A stretch of DNA of 27,515 nucleotides from a virus. Its lineage: Duplodnaviria > Caudoviricetes. Both the position numbers and the translations under genes were made by a program. The stretch covers positions 1-27,515 of the IMG/VR virus record IMGVR_UViG_3300020045_004165; one strand, written 5' to 3'. Below the pieces are notes generated by a model. The model worked only from the letters and a program-made list of their open reading frames with translations. It searched no databases and was not told where the DNA came from. Shown in pieces: positions 16,511 to 25,676 of this stretch (its first letter is position 1; the number at the start of each line of letters is the position of its first letter).

Positions 16511-18091
16511 CTAACTACCAAACGTTGCTGTATTAATTCTATTCCTGTCTAATTGTTGTGCGTTGGTTACATTTCCACTTACTACGAACGCTTCAATTGG
16601 TCTGTTTTGTTGTGTTCCTATTGTCTGAGCAAGTTGATTATTTGGGTTCTGTCCTACTATGTTAAATTGCGGCGGTGCGGATTGCGCATCATTACCCCCT
16701 GCACTTGGAGCACCTCCTCCACCTCCACTGCCTAACGCGGATAATCCATTTTTTAAAGCGACTAAGTTACTTGCAATCCCTATACCTGCACTAATGTTAT
16801 TTAAAATGGATGTTCTAACTCCATAAGTTGGGTCTGCTAAATTTATAGGTGAAGCCTTAGCCAATGCATTAGCTGAACGTGTGTTGATTATAATTCTAGA
16901 AATACCTACAGCGCTCTCAGCAATTAATGCAGTTGCTTGTAATGCTTTGCTTTTTCCTGCTAATTGTTTTAGTAATCCTATTCCATCTGAAATATTATCT
17001 AAGGTATAGTTTTGAATATCTAATTTAGCATCAGCAATTATTTGCTCTCTTTCAATTTCTCTATCTTTGGCTTCGTTTTCAAGTTTATCTTTTTCATCAA
17101 TAAAAGCCGTTATAGCATCTAGTCTCGCTCTGTTGTTTTCTTCATCAATTAGCCTTTGTTCAAACTCAGCATTATTAACAGCAATCTGGAATTCATTTTG
17201 TGCCTTTAAATTATCTTCTGCTAATTTTTTTCTATCTTCGGCTATTTTATCATCAATAGCTTTTTGCTTTTCACGTTCTGCTTTTGCTTTATCGGCTATC
17301 CTTTTATTTTCATCATCTATTTTATCTTGTTCTTCTTTTCGTTTCTTTGCTCTTGCTTCGTTTCGATCTGCATCAATTTGTGCTATCTCTCTATTTTGTC
17401 TTTTAGCTAAAGCAATTACATCCGCTCCTTGTTCTTTTATTGCTTCATTATATGCGTTGTTAGCTTCTATTTTGCGCTTTGTAAATTCGTCTATTTGGTC
17501 TCCTTGTTCTGATAAGAACTTTTTATTTTTAGCTAATGATTTATCTGCTTGTTCTGTTAATCTTGCAAAGGCTCTTTCTGCTTCGGATGTTACGCCTATA
17601 AAATCTGTAACAGCATTTATAATATTACTTACAAATTCCCCTACATCTTTAAGACCTGGAATTAGATTGTAAACAGCGTTTTTAACTTTATCAAAATTAG
17701 TAATTAATAATATTAATCCAACAACCAAAGCACCTATTCCTGTACTGATTAAAGCAATCTTAAAGGCTTTCATTGCACCTGTAGAAGTTCCTATTACAGT
17801 GGCGTATGCACCTTGTATAAATGTAGATATTTTACTTTCTTTAGCAAACAAGGCTGTGGCTTCAACTGCGTCCTTAACGGTCATTGCAAGTCCTCCAGTA
17901 GCGTCATTAAGCAATCCCATAGCACCACCATTCTCTAAAACAGAATTGGTACTTTCTTTCATTCCTCCTGCTAAATTAGTACTGGAACTATTTACATTGT
18001 CTAAACCTTTTTCAAGGCGTTTAGTTGAATCAATAGCAGAATCAATACCTAATTCATTAATAACAATATTTACTATTTTTTCGATTGCCAT
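16511..18091 (-). CDS. tail tape measure protein (short, 526 aa)
   Basis: A/G-rich hydrophobic stretch (ALISTGIGALVVGL), long central coiled coil, Gly-rich linker near the C-terminus. Confidence 0.75.
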   Translation of the reverse strand: MAIEKIVNIVINELGIDSAIDSTKRLEKGLDNVNSSSTNLAGGMKESTNSVLENGGAMGLLNDATGGLAMTVKDAVEATALFAKESKISTFIQGAYATVIGTSTGAMKAFKIALISTGIGALVVGLILLITNFDKVKNAVYNLIPGLKDVGEFVSNIINAVTDFIGVTSEAERAFARLTEQADKSLAKNKKFLSEQGDQIDEFTKRKIEANNAYNEAIKEQGADVIALAKRQNREIAQIDADRNEARAKKRKEEQDKIDDENKRIADKAKAEREKQKAIDDKIAEDRKKLAEDNLKAQNEFQIAVNNAEFEQRLIDEENNRARLDAITAFIDEKDKLENEAKDREIEREQIIADAKLDIQNYTLDNISDGIGLLKQLAGKSKALQATALIAESAVGISRIIINTRSANALAKASPINLADPTYGVRTSILNNISAGIGIASNLVALKNGLSALGSGGGGGAPSAGGNDAQSAPPQFNIVGQNPNNQLAQTIGTQQNRPIEAFVVSGNVTNAQQLDRNRINTATFGS

Positions 18092-18222
18092 GCTCTTTTT
18101 ATTTTACGTTTACCGTCCTTAATTGTCGAAACCAATTCGTGTTTTCCTTTTGCAATCTCTATATTTTCTCCTGAATTTATCCAATCGTTTGACTGCAATA
18201 AATTAATAATTAACTTTATCAT
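18073..18222 (-). CDS. small hypothetical protein (49 aa, MIKLIINLLQSNDW...EIAKGK), not in ORF track
   Basis: ATGA overlap with the upstream stop; overlaps the tape measure start by 19 nt. Confidence 0.65.
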   Translation of the reverse strand: MIKLIINLLQSNDWINSGENIEIAKGKHELVSTIKDGKRKIKRAWQSKK

Positions 18223-20540
18223 TCTTGCGTAATTGTTAAGACAAATATCTCTGCATTTATCGTTATTGTTATTATTCCACTCCTAAAGAATACGGTATTT
18301 TCAGCTAATGTAACTCTGATATAATCAGTTTTAAATCCAGATGTTTTATCTAAAGTAATCCATGAAAATTCTGGAACCGCAGTCCACTCTGCATTAGCCG
18401 AAACTTTTATTTCAAATATTTCCTGAGCACGTGTTGAATCATAATTAGTCGGACTTATTCCGTTATTTAAAAACACTATAGCAGGAGGATTGGAATATAC
18501 TGCATCAACTGTGATATTTGTATTGTCTACCGTTATAAAAGTATTGTCTACCGTTAAGGGAATTAAATTCGCCACATTATCAGCAGGCAAAGAATAATCC
18601 GTAAATATTTCAATGTCACTCTTACCAGTTGTTAAATCTACTTTAGCTGTTGAAATTTTATATTTCATATCTCCAATAATAAACAAATCATTAAGAGTTA
18701 ATTTATATAATATTGAAATAGGTAATACACATTTTAAAGTTAATACCCTCGTCTTTCTATTATACAAATCAGCAATATAATTTTGCCACCAATTAAAATA
18801 CAAACTTCTTTCTATAGGCGCTTGAAAAAACGAACTGTTATCACTTCCAAAATTTAAACTATTTGAAACTTGGTCGAATTTTAGGTTGTTCTCCGTAGCA
18901 GTATGAAATACTTTTGTTAAAGTAATTGCAGGTTGCATGTATAGATTAAAATCAGAATAAGCCCATCCATTTTTATAAAATATAAAAGGCTTTCCGTTGT
19001 ATGGTTTTAGCTCTTTATCTATTGAGTGTCCTACTTGAATATCTGTTAATTCGCCTGTTGTTTCATTTGGCAATCTTTCAAAAAGCATATTCTCAAACTG
19101 ACTCTCAATTTTTAAATCACTTCCAGATATATCATACTTAGCTTTTAAATCTCCATAACCTATTGAATTATTTATTTCATATTGTTGTCCTAAAATAGCA
19201 CCTGTCTTTTGATATTTAAAATCAATTTGTTTTTTAACATCAGGTCTTTTAACTCCTATGTCTTTTATATCAACTAATTTTGTAATATCAAAAGTGTCGC
19301 CTTTTAAATACCAATTATCCAAAGTGTCGATGTAAAATGTATTTCCATTCTCTGGTTTAATAATTAAATTAAACTGATTAATAAGTGAAGAAAATAAATC
19401 TTTTATTTTTAATGCAGGCACTTGGTCTGAAATAATAACATCACTTGTTATCGATTGAATTGGTGTGTTTTGTGAAAATCCAGTATTGCTTGTTGGGGCT
19501 AATAAATAAGTTTGTCTTTTAACTACAGTTATTGTAGTTGTAAATTGAAAATCACTAGTACTCTGTACTTTAAATTGCAAAGACATGCTTCCTGCTGATT
19601 CAATAATTGCTTCTGCATTTCCAACTCCTTCAACTTCTGTAAATAAATCCCCGTTATTATAAACTGATATTTTATATCCTATCGTTTCGTAGCTTGGTTG
19701 TGGCTTAACAATAAATCTCACTTTTCTTGAAATCCTTGTTTGACTGCCTAAATAAGTAATAGTATCTGTAGCACCATTAAATGTAAATCCTTCACCGCTT
19801 TGATTTACTAAATCAACTAAAACTTTTTCTCCAAACGCTTTCATTTGTCCTGACTCTCTACTTAACCAAATGAAAGCATTATAAAAACTCGCTCTACCTA
19901 AAAAGTCACGTGTAAAAATAACGCCAAACTTAGCTTCTATTGCTTCTATAATTCTAATTAATCTTAATGCAGGCTTATAGTCTCTGTAAGATATTGTGTT
20001 AGCAGGATTTAACAAGTCGGTTAAGCCTACGTTGCCTATGCTAACTTCTTGCATTGAGTTAATTAATGGATAATAAACATCGCCATAAGCAATTGAGTCC
20101 ATATGCATAGCGTCTGAAACAACTGTTTTATTATAAACATGGTCGTACGCAGATAAGTCCAAATCTTTCAACTCTAAATCTCCAAATAAATCAGATAAAT
20201 TAACAGCATTACCAAAGAAAGTTATTGAATACGAATAAGGCAAACCATCCTTTAACTTAGCGCCATCCATCTGTATTGAGCCATATTTATAAGGCAAGGT
20301 ATTAACTTCAATTAAAGAGTCGATTCTTAAATTTGCGTTGTAAGTACCGTCTACTGTTGCATCATACCAATATTCAAATATTTTATTATTGTTAGGACTT
20401 GCAGGAATAGTAAAACCTTGAGTGAAATCAGCGAATATCTTTGATATATCAGAAATATTTTTAGCATTTAAATTCATTTCAATACTTTCATCTTGAAACA
20501 AATCTAATCTTTGCCCTTTAATATAAACAGCTACATCCAT
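18219..20540 (-). CDS. tail tip/baseplate hub protein with C-terminal BACON domain
   Basis: LDLFQDE...ISDISK...FTIPAS..NNKIF N-terminus; C-terminal VSANAEWT...SWITL..TSG...ENT...RSGIITI...LTITQ. Confidence 0.7.
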   Translation of the reverse strand: MDVAVYIKGQRLDLFQDESIEMNLNAKNISDISKIFADFTQGFTIPASPNNNKIFEYWYDATVDGTYNANLRIDSLIEVNTLPYKYGSIQMDGAKLKDGLPYSYSITFFGNAVNLSDLFGDLELKDLDLSAYDHVYNKTVVSDAMHMDSIAYGDVYYPLINSMQEVSIGNVGLTDLLNPANTISYRDYKPALRLIRIIEAIEAKFGVIFTRDFLGRASFYNAFIWLSRESGQMKAFGEKVLVDLVNQSGEGFTFNGATDTITYLGSQTRISRKVRFIVKPQPSYETIGYKISVYNNGDLFTEVEGVGNAEAIIESAGSMSLQFKVQSTSDFQFTTTITVVKRQTYLLAPTSNTGFSQNTPIQSITSDVIISDQVPALKIKDLFSSLINQFNLIIKPENGNTFYIDTLDNWYLKGDTFDITKLVDIKDIGVKRPDVKKQIDFKYQKTGAILGQQYEINNSIGYGDLKAKYDISGSDLKIESQFENMLFERLPNETTGELTDIQVGHSIDKELKPYNGKPFIFYKNGWAYSDFNLYMQPAITLTKVFHTATENNLKFDQVSNSLNFGSDNSSFFQAPIERSLYFNWWQNYIADLYNRKTRVLTLKCVLPISILYKLTLNDLFIIGDMKYKISTAKVDLTTGKSDIEIFTDYSLPADNVANLIPLTVDNTFITVDNTNITVDAVYSNPPAIVFLNNGISPTNYDSTRAQEIFEIKVSANAEWTAVPEFSWITLDKTSGFKTDYIRVTLAENTVFFRSGIITITINAEIFVLTITQE
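18520..18556. repeat. 16-bp direct repeat with 21-bp period
   Basis: GTATTGTCTACCGTTA twice, encoding the TVDNTxI peptide repeats before the BACON domain. Confidence 0.8.
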
Positions 20541-21982
20541 TATAAAATAGTATTCATTAATTTAAAGCTGTATTCGAAATCCATTGAATACTGAATCAAT
20601 TTATTATTTAATTTTGTTTTCTTTTCAAATGATTTCTTCAATAAATTTACTGGCAATACATTTCCGTTTTCTTCTAAGTAAACAAATTCGCTTAACATTA
20701 ATTCAACGAATAAAGTGTTATAACTTTCATTTATAAAATCAGTGTTAACCGTTATTTTTTCTTTACCGTTTAAAAGAAAGGTTTTCTTTTCGTGTTGTGA
20801 CATGTCATAACTGCCAAAATTAGCAATCAAACCACTATAGTCTTGACTTTCAAAATCTATACTTTTCTTGCTTAATTTATTAAATGGTATTGTCTGCCAA
20901 AATCCGTACTTGTTTTTAAATTTACAATTGATCGTAGTGAATCTACACTCGTCTTTGATAATAAATGAATGTATTACCGTTTCAGTAGTATATGTAAATA
21001 CAGCATTAAACGAAGTCGATACGCCTATATAATTAGATACGTTAACATAGCCTATGTTTTGGCTGTTAAAGTCCTGATTGAATGTGAAAGGAACGTTTGT
21101 GCCATTAATAACAATACTTGTTAAATCTTTAGTTATAAAATATAAAGGATAATCTCCACCCGTATAGATAACATGTGAATTAATACTGCTTAATACTTTT
21201 TTATTTAAAGAAGGATTAGCTAATTCGGTAGTATATCCAAAACCATCTAATACAAGTAATTGTTGCTGTACATTATAAGCTAAAATATCATTAGCATAAA
21301 CACCAGCATCAAAGAAACACCAAACAGTGTCCAAAGTAGAGGTTGTATTCGCTCCAGTTCCTAATGTTGAATTGTAATTGTTCTTAACATAGTCATTAAC
21401 TATCTTGTGAATATCAAAAGATATTGCAGGCTGTAAAGCTATTATTGTTTTTTTAGATACAGAATAAGTAGGTGAAATAGGTCTATCAAAGATTCTATCT
21501 CCTCTATAAATATATAAATCTGCTTTTATTTCGTCATATTCAATTTGTGGTAATTCAGTAACAAAATATGGTGAACGAGATAATACATTAATTACAGAAG
21601 GAGTTACTGGTATTGGAGTTTCAGAAAGCTCAAGAAACACAGTATAAATATTATAATCTATTACGCTTGCAATAGCATTACCCGTATAATCAGGCGTAGG
21701 GTTTAAACTAATGGTTATTTCGTCTATATTTTTTGAAACAGATATATAAGAATACCCAGTATATCTTAATTGAAGTTCAGTAAATAAATTATCACAAGTT
21801 TCTAAAAAATCAATTCCTATCTGTATATAAGTTATATCTGTGGTATTTGCTAAAGGCGTATTTTTAAATATAAAGTCATGTATATCATAATAGCCCTTAT
21901 TTAATACAATTACCCTTAAATCAAAAAGACCATCCCCGTCGGTTGGCTGTGCTACAAACTTTAAATCTAAATTAAATGCCAT
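20540..21982 (-). CDS. tail structural protein (distal-tail-like)
   Basis: RSPYF and FKNKYGFWQ motifs; position in the tail module; subtype inferred. Confidence 0.55.
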   Translation of the reverse strand: MAFNLDLKFVAQPTDGDGLFDLRVIVLNKGYYDIHDFIFKNTPLANTTDITYIQIGIDFLETCDNLFTELQLRYTGYSYISVSKNIDEITISLNPTPDYTGNAIASVIDYNIYTVFLELSETPIPVTPSVINVLSRSPYFVTELPQIEYDEIKADLYIYRGDRIFDRPISPTYSVSKKTIIALQPAISFDIHKIVNDYVKNNYNSTLGTGANTTSTLDTVWCFFDAGVYANDILAYNVQQQLLVLDGFGYTTELANPSLNKKVLSSINSHVIYTGGDYPLYFITKDLTSIVINGTNVPFTFNQDFNSQNIGYVNVSNYIGVSTSFNAVFTYTTETVIHSFIIKDECRFTTINCKFKNKYGFWQTIPFNKLSKKSIDFESQDYSGLIANFGSYDMSQHEKKTFLLNGKEKITVNTDFINESYNTLFVELMLSEFVYLEENGNVLPVNLLKKSFEKKTKLNNKLIQYSMDFEYSFKLMNTIL

Positions 21983-21983
21983 A

Positions 21984-22511
21984 TTATTTTAATGTATTTT
22001 TTAAAAACCTTTCCACATCCAATCCGTACGCTTCAATTATATCATCTGGTAATCTTTCAAAACCTAACTCAAAAGGGCGTGAAAAAAATTTACTTGCTTT
22101 TATACCTTTGTTATAAACCGAACGTGTAATTAAAAAAGCAGTTGAATCATAAGACAAGAATCGTCCTGTTTTTTTGTCTTTAAATTGAAATCCTCTTGCT
22201 CGAACCCATTGATTAATACCTTTTGTTAATCCTCCTTTTTTACCAGTGCCACTTCCAAATTGATATGGACTATCAGGTGCTTTTGAACTAGATGTCTTAC
22301 CCTTGACTCCTAAGTCTTGAAACTTTCCGTAATCAGCCATTTTAAAAGCTAATCCAAAACTATTTTTACTTACAACAACTTCACTAGCTAAACTATTATA
22401 TAAGTCTTTAGAAACGTTTTTATCGCCTTTAGTTAAATTAGTTCTTGACTGCTGAACAACATACTTAGAAAACGCCTGTAATGTTTCGTTTGTTGATTGT
22501 CTATCTAACAT
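21984..22511 (-). CDS. neck/tail completion protein (HK97 gp10-like)
   Basis: Basic protein with LYNSL, YGKFQDLG and KGIKASKFFSRPF motifs. Confidence 0.6.
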   Translation of the reverse strand: MLDRQSTNETLQAFSKYVVQQSRTNLTKGDKNVSKDLYNSLASEVVVSKNSFGLAFKMADYGKFQDLGVKGKTSSSKAPDSPYQFGSGTGKKGGLTKGINQWVRARGFQFKDKKTGRFLSYDSTAFLITRSVYNKGIKASKFFSRPFELGFERLPDDIIEAYGLDVERFLKNTLK

Positions 22512-22957
22512 ACTTCAATATTATTACTAATTCCTAACTGAATATCAACTTGCCAACCATCTAAAACATTTGTAAATTGATAAGTAATAGGAACGGGTGA
22601 AGGTTCGTTCAATAATTCAATATCAAATTCATTGTGTTGTCTTTTTAAATTAGAAACCAAACGATTAACAACTACTCCGCAAGTATTTAAATTGTCTAAC
22701 TCGTTATCATTACCCAACCATTTATCAGTTATTTTTACTTTAGATATATTTCTTTGGTCTAGTATATGAACCGTAAAATTATAAGCTACCATTCCAACTG
22801 GGAAACTCATTCCTGTTACTAATAGATGTGCTAAAGGGAATATATTTTTTTTATCAATATCAACATCTTCAACTGCTCCATGTGTACATGTGTTAACATC
22901 AATATCTTGCAGTAAGAAGTCTTTTAAATATTCGATAACGGTGTAAAAGCTATTCAT
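22505..22957 (-). CDS. putative tail terminator protein
   Basis: Acidic 150 aa protein with FPLAHL motif, tail module context. Confidence 0.55.
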   Translation of the reverse strand: MNSFYTVIEYLKDFLLQDIDVNTCTHGAVEDVDIDKKNIFPLAHLLVTGMSFPVGMVAYNFTVHILDQRNISKVKITDKWLGNDNELDNLNTCGVVVNRLVSNLKRQHNEFDIELLNEPSPVPITYQFTNVLDGWQVDIQLGISNNIEVC

Positions 22958-23114
22958 AATTTTCGCATATTATTAATTCATAGTTCTTAATAAACAAAGG
23001 TTTTTGACTCCAAATAAAATCTTGATTCAAAGTGTGATTATGTCCTGTATAAATGTACTTATATTTATACCAATTACCACCCTTAAACATTCTATATATT
23101 TTATATCTATTCAT
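22950..23114 (-). CDS. small aromatic-rich ORF (54 aa, MNRYKIYRMFKGGNWY...), not in ORF track
   Basis: Starts and ends in identical ATGAATAG overlaps. Confidence 0.6.
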   Translation of the reverse strand: MNRYKIYRMFKGGNWYKYKYIYTGHNHTLNQDFIWSQKPLFIKNYELIICENYE

Positions 23115-23840
23115 TTGCTTTTAATTGTTTATTTTCTTCATTAGCTAAATCCACTTTAAAATCTAAAAAGGTTAAAAATTCATGTAATTCAGTTTTAGTT
23201 GCTCTTTCAAAGTCGAACAAGCATCCTCCAGTAACTGTATAAATTGATTGATACCAACCCCATTTATCTCCAAAGCCCGATTTAACTCCTCCGCCTGTTT
23301 CGACTGTTGAAAATAAACCTTCGTAGCTGTCAATAATTCGTTGCTTAAATTGTAAAAAAAAACCAGTGAACCTAAATAAACATCTAAAGGCATAAACTGC
23401 ATTACATCTTTGTACTTATCTGAACTTTCGTACGCTTCAATTTTGTAATCTTCTTTTATGCTTGAAACAATAGGGCGGTATAAAATAGCCATTGCGTTTA
23501 AATGTGTTTCCTCATCTTTTAAATAAGTGTCTAAATCTATGTACTCACCTGCTGTAATATTATCTAAGTTAGGAATAAAACCAAATTCTATTCCTTCTAA
23601 AGTAAAACGCTGAATAAATTTAGGCTCTTGTTTTAAAACATCAGTCAATTGCAATACAATACCGTTGTAATCCTTTGCTTCGATGCTTCTCGCTTGTTCA
23701 ACTGTTAATCTACAAAATATTGTAACCATTGCTAAGCATAAAATATCTTCCGTAATATCTTCTGCTTTAATTACTTTTTGAAACTTTAAAAACTGGTCTA
23801 AAGTTATTTCGTTTAATGTTTCTGGAATTATAACTTTCAT
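23107..23840 (-). CDS. predicted -1 frameshift product of the chaperone gene (244 aa)
   Basis: T9 run at 23362-23354; -1 frame open for 82 codons (LQFKQRIIDSYEGLF...KWGWYQSIY...), stop overlaps the next ATG. Confidence 0.7.
23172..23840 (-). CDS. putative tail assembly chaperone (frame-0 product, 222 aa)
   Basis: First gene of the tail operon; EITLDQF and ITAGEYIDLD motifs; internal slippery site. Confidence 0.6.
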   Translation of the reverse strand: MKVIIPETLNEITLDQFLKFQKVIKAEDITEDILCLAMVTIFCRLTVEQARSIEAKDYNGIVLQLTDVLKQEPKFIQRFTLEGIEFGFIPNLDNITAGEYIDLDTYLKDEETHLNAMAILYRPIVSSIKEDYKIEAYESSDKYKDVMQFMPLDVYLGSLVFFYNLSNELLTATKVYFQQSKQAEELNRALEINGVGINQFIQLLEDACSTLKEQLKLNYMNF

Positions 23841-23873
23841 AATTATATAACGTATTTATCCGATTATGTATTT
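23841..23873 (-). promoter_or_regulatory. putative phage late (ECF-type) promoter, copy 1
   Basis: AAATAC-N15-CGTT-N8-ATG, overlapping the terL 3' end. Confidence 0.75.
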
Positions 23874-25070
23874 GCCGGATTGTTTTCTTAATCCTAATAC
23901 TTCCATTTCATGATAACGCCATGCATCAATCGCATGATTAAAATTATCAATAGGCTTGTTTAACTTTTCTCCTGTGCTCTTGTCTTTATCCCATGCATAT
24001 TTTCTTAACTCTGAAATTAAATTAAGACTCGAGGCCGTAACTAAATAATTGTTTTGTTGTAATGTTTGAATACCAAAGTTAATTGAATCACTACCCTTCG
24101 TAACCGATTTAGCTGTTATCTTATAACTTTTTAGTTCAGCTATTGATTTAGGTTCGGCACTATCGCAATAACAAGGTAATGATGTTGTAATATACTTTGC
24201 TATTTCTGAGTTGCTTAATCCTTTACGATAACATATCTCATTTATCAATCTTTCACCGTTATATAAATACACTTCTATTATGCTTGTAGGGTCATTTGAA
24301 TAACCAAAATCTAAACCGTAACCTAATAGTCTAGCTTCTGTTGGTATATTATCTATAATAGTCCAATTATTAAAAATAACCCCTTCTAAATTACCGATTT
24401 CACCAAAGATATAAACTCTACACCAATTTGCCCAATATTCACTTCTAATATTGTTAGACTCGAATATTTCTGGATTAGGCAAATTAATATTAAAGAATGC
24501 TTTTTCTTTTTTCTCAATTAAATCCTCTAAAGTTTCTGGACTTAACCCTTCGTTATCCTCATAAGTAAGCAAAAGAAATTCAGAATTTTTAGAAGTCATT
24601 ACCTCAGTATGCACCCAAAACTCGTTATCTGGATTGAAATCAATATATGTAAACCTTGAACGTATCATCAATGCATCAGCTATATCAAAGTGAATGTGAT
24701 TAGCTTCATTGATAAATAGTATATCTCTTTTACCGCTTGCTTTTGCCTTACCTACGCTATCAAAACTTTTAAACTGTATTCTAGTTCCTGTGTCTTTAAA
24801 GGTATAAATTAAAGCACTTGCATTCCATTCTGAATCTAACCAACGTTCTGTATCAATCATTATGGTTTTAAAAATATCTAAAGCACCTTCTTTAACGGCT
24901 GGCAGAGTTTCTGCAACAATTGTTATCTTATACTTTAAAAACTTACATGCTATATCAATAAGCAAAGGTACGATTGCATAAGTTTTACCTGCGCTCGTAC
25001 CTCCTTGTATTACTTTCTTTCTAGCTTTCATTTTAGCTATTTTATTAATAGCTGTAGTTCTTTTAAACAT
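23856..25070 (-). CDS. terL: terminase large subunit (PBSX/SPP1-like)
   Basis: Walker A QGGTSAGKT, Walker B ILFINEA, nuclease motifs GLDFG and NHAIDAWRY. Confidence 0.93.
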   Translation of the reverse strand: MFKRTTAINKIAKMKARKKVIQGGTSAGKTYAIVPLLIDIACKFLKYKITIVAETLPAVKEGALDIFKTIMIDTERWLDSEWNASALIYTFKDTGTRIQFKSFDSVGKAKASGKRDILFINEANHIHFDIADALMIRSRFTYIDFNPDNEFWVHTEVMTSKNSEFLLLTYEDNEGLSPETLEDLIEKKEKAFFNINLPNPEIFESNNIRSEYWANWCRVYIFGEIGNLEGVIFNNWTIIDNIPTEARLLGYGLDFGYSNDPTSIIEVYLYNGERLINEICYRKGLSNSEIAKYITTSLPCYCDSAEPKSIAELKSYKITAKSVTKGSDSINFGIQTLQQNNYLVTASSLNLISELRKYAWDKDKSTGEKLNKPIDNFNHAIDAWRYHEMEVLGLRKQSGKYIIG

Positions 25071-25476
25071 CGTGTTCTATATCTGGAAATAAAGGTTGTT
25101 TAATTGCTACGTTTTGATTTATATTTTCTGACAATCCATTTAAACGTTGTGTAATACTTGGATTATACATTCCTGACATACCTCCTTCTATTTGGTCTTT
25201 TCGTATCATTTTCTTTATATGCGAACAGATGGGGGCGTATTCAGTATATCTTTCTTCTTTATTCTTTAAATAATCCCCTAAATCGTTTATTATTTTTTGT
25301 TCGAATAGCCAACATTCAAAACCTTCCATAGTAAGGGGTTTTTCTTTTTCTCTATATACTTGCTCAGCATCTTTACCTACCCAATCCTTAACTAAAAAAG
25401 GAACGCCCTTTACCTCTTTTTTATAAGATAAAAAGTATTCCCATAATTTATCTGGTGATTCTATATTTTTAGCCAT
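25063..25476 (-). CDS. terS: terminase small subunit (P22 gp3-like)
   Basis: ESPDKLWEYF, PLTMEGF and YNPSITQRLNGL motifs; overlaps the terL start. Confidence 0.8.
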   Translation of the reverse strand: MAKNIESPDKLWEYFLSYKKEVKGVPFLVKDWVGKDAEQVYREKEKPLTMEGFECWLFEQKIINDLGDYLKNKEERYTEYAPICSHIKKMIRKDQIEGGMSGMYNPSITQRLNGLSENINQNVAIKQPLFPDIEHDV

Positions 25477-25553
25477 AAATCTTATAAATTAATTTCCAAT
25501 AACCTATTACTCCGTAAATATTAAACATCATAAGTCTTATTTTTTATTTAGTG

Positions 25554-25640
25554 TTATAAACATAGATAAACAGAATACCAACTTAATACACAAGCAATAA
25601 AAGAAATTACTAACCCTATTATTTTTACTCTATCCTCCAT
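25554..25640 (-). CDS. single-TM micro-protein (28 aa, MEDRVKIIGLVISFIACVLSWYSVYLCL)
   Basis: A-rich initiation region, clean TM helix. Confidence 0.45.
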   Translation of the reverse strand: MEDRVKIIGLVISFIACVLSWYSVYLCL

Positions 25641-25676
25641 AATTATTTAAATTTTAAAATATCTTTCAACTCAAAA

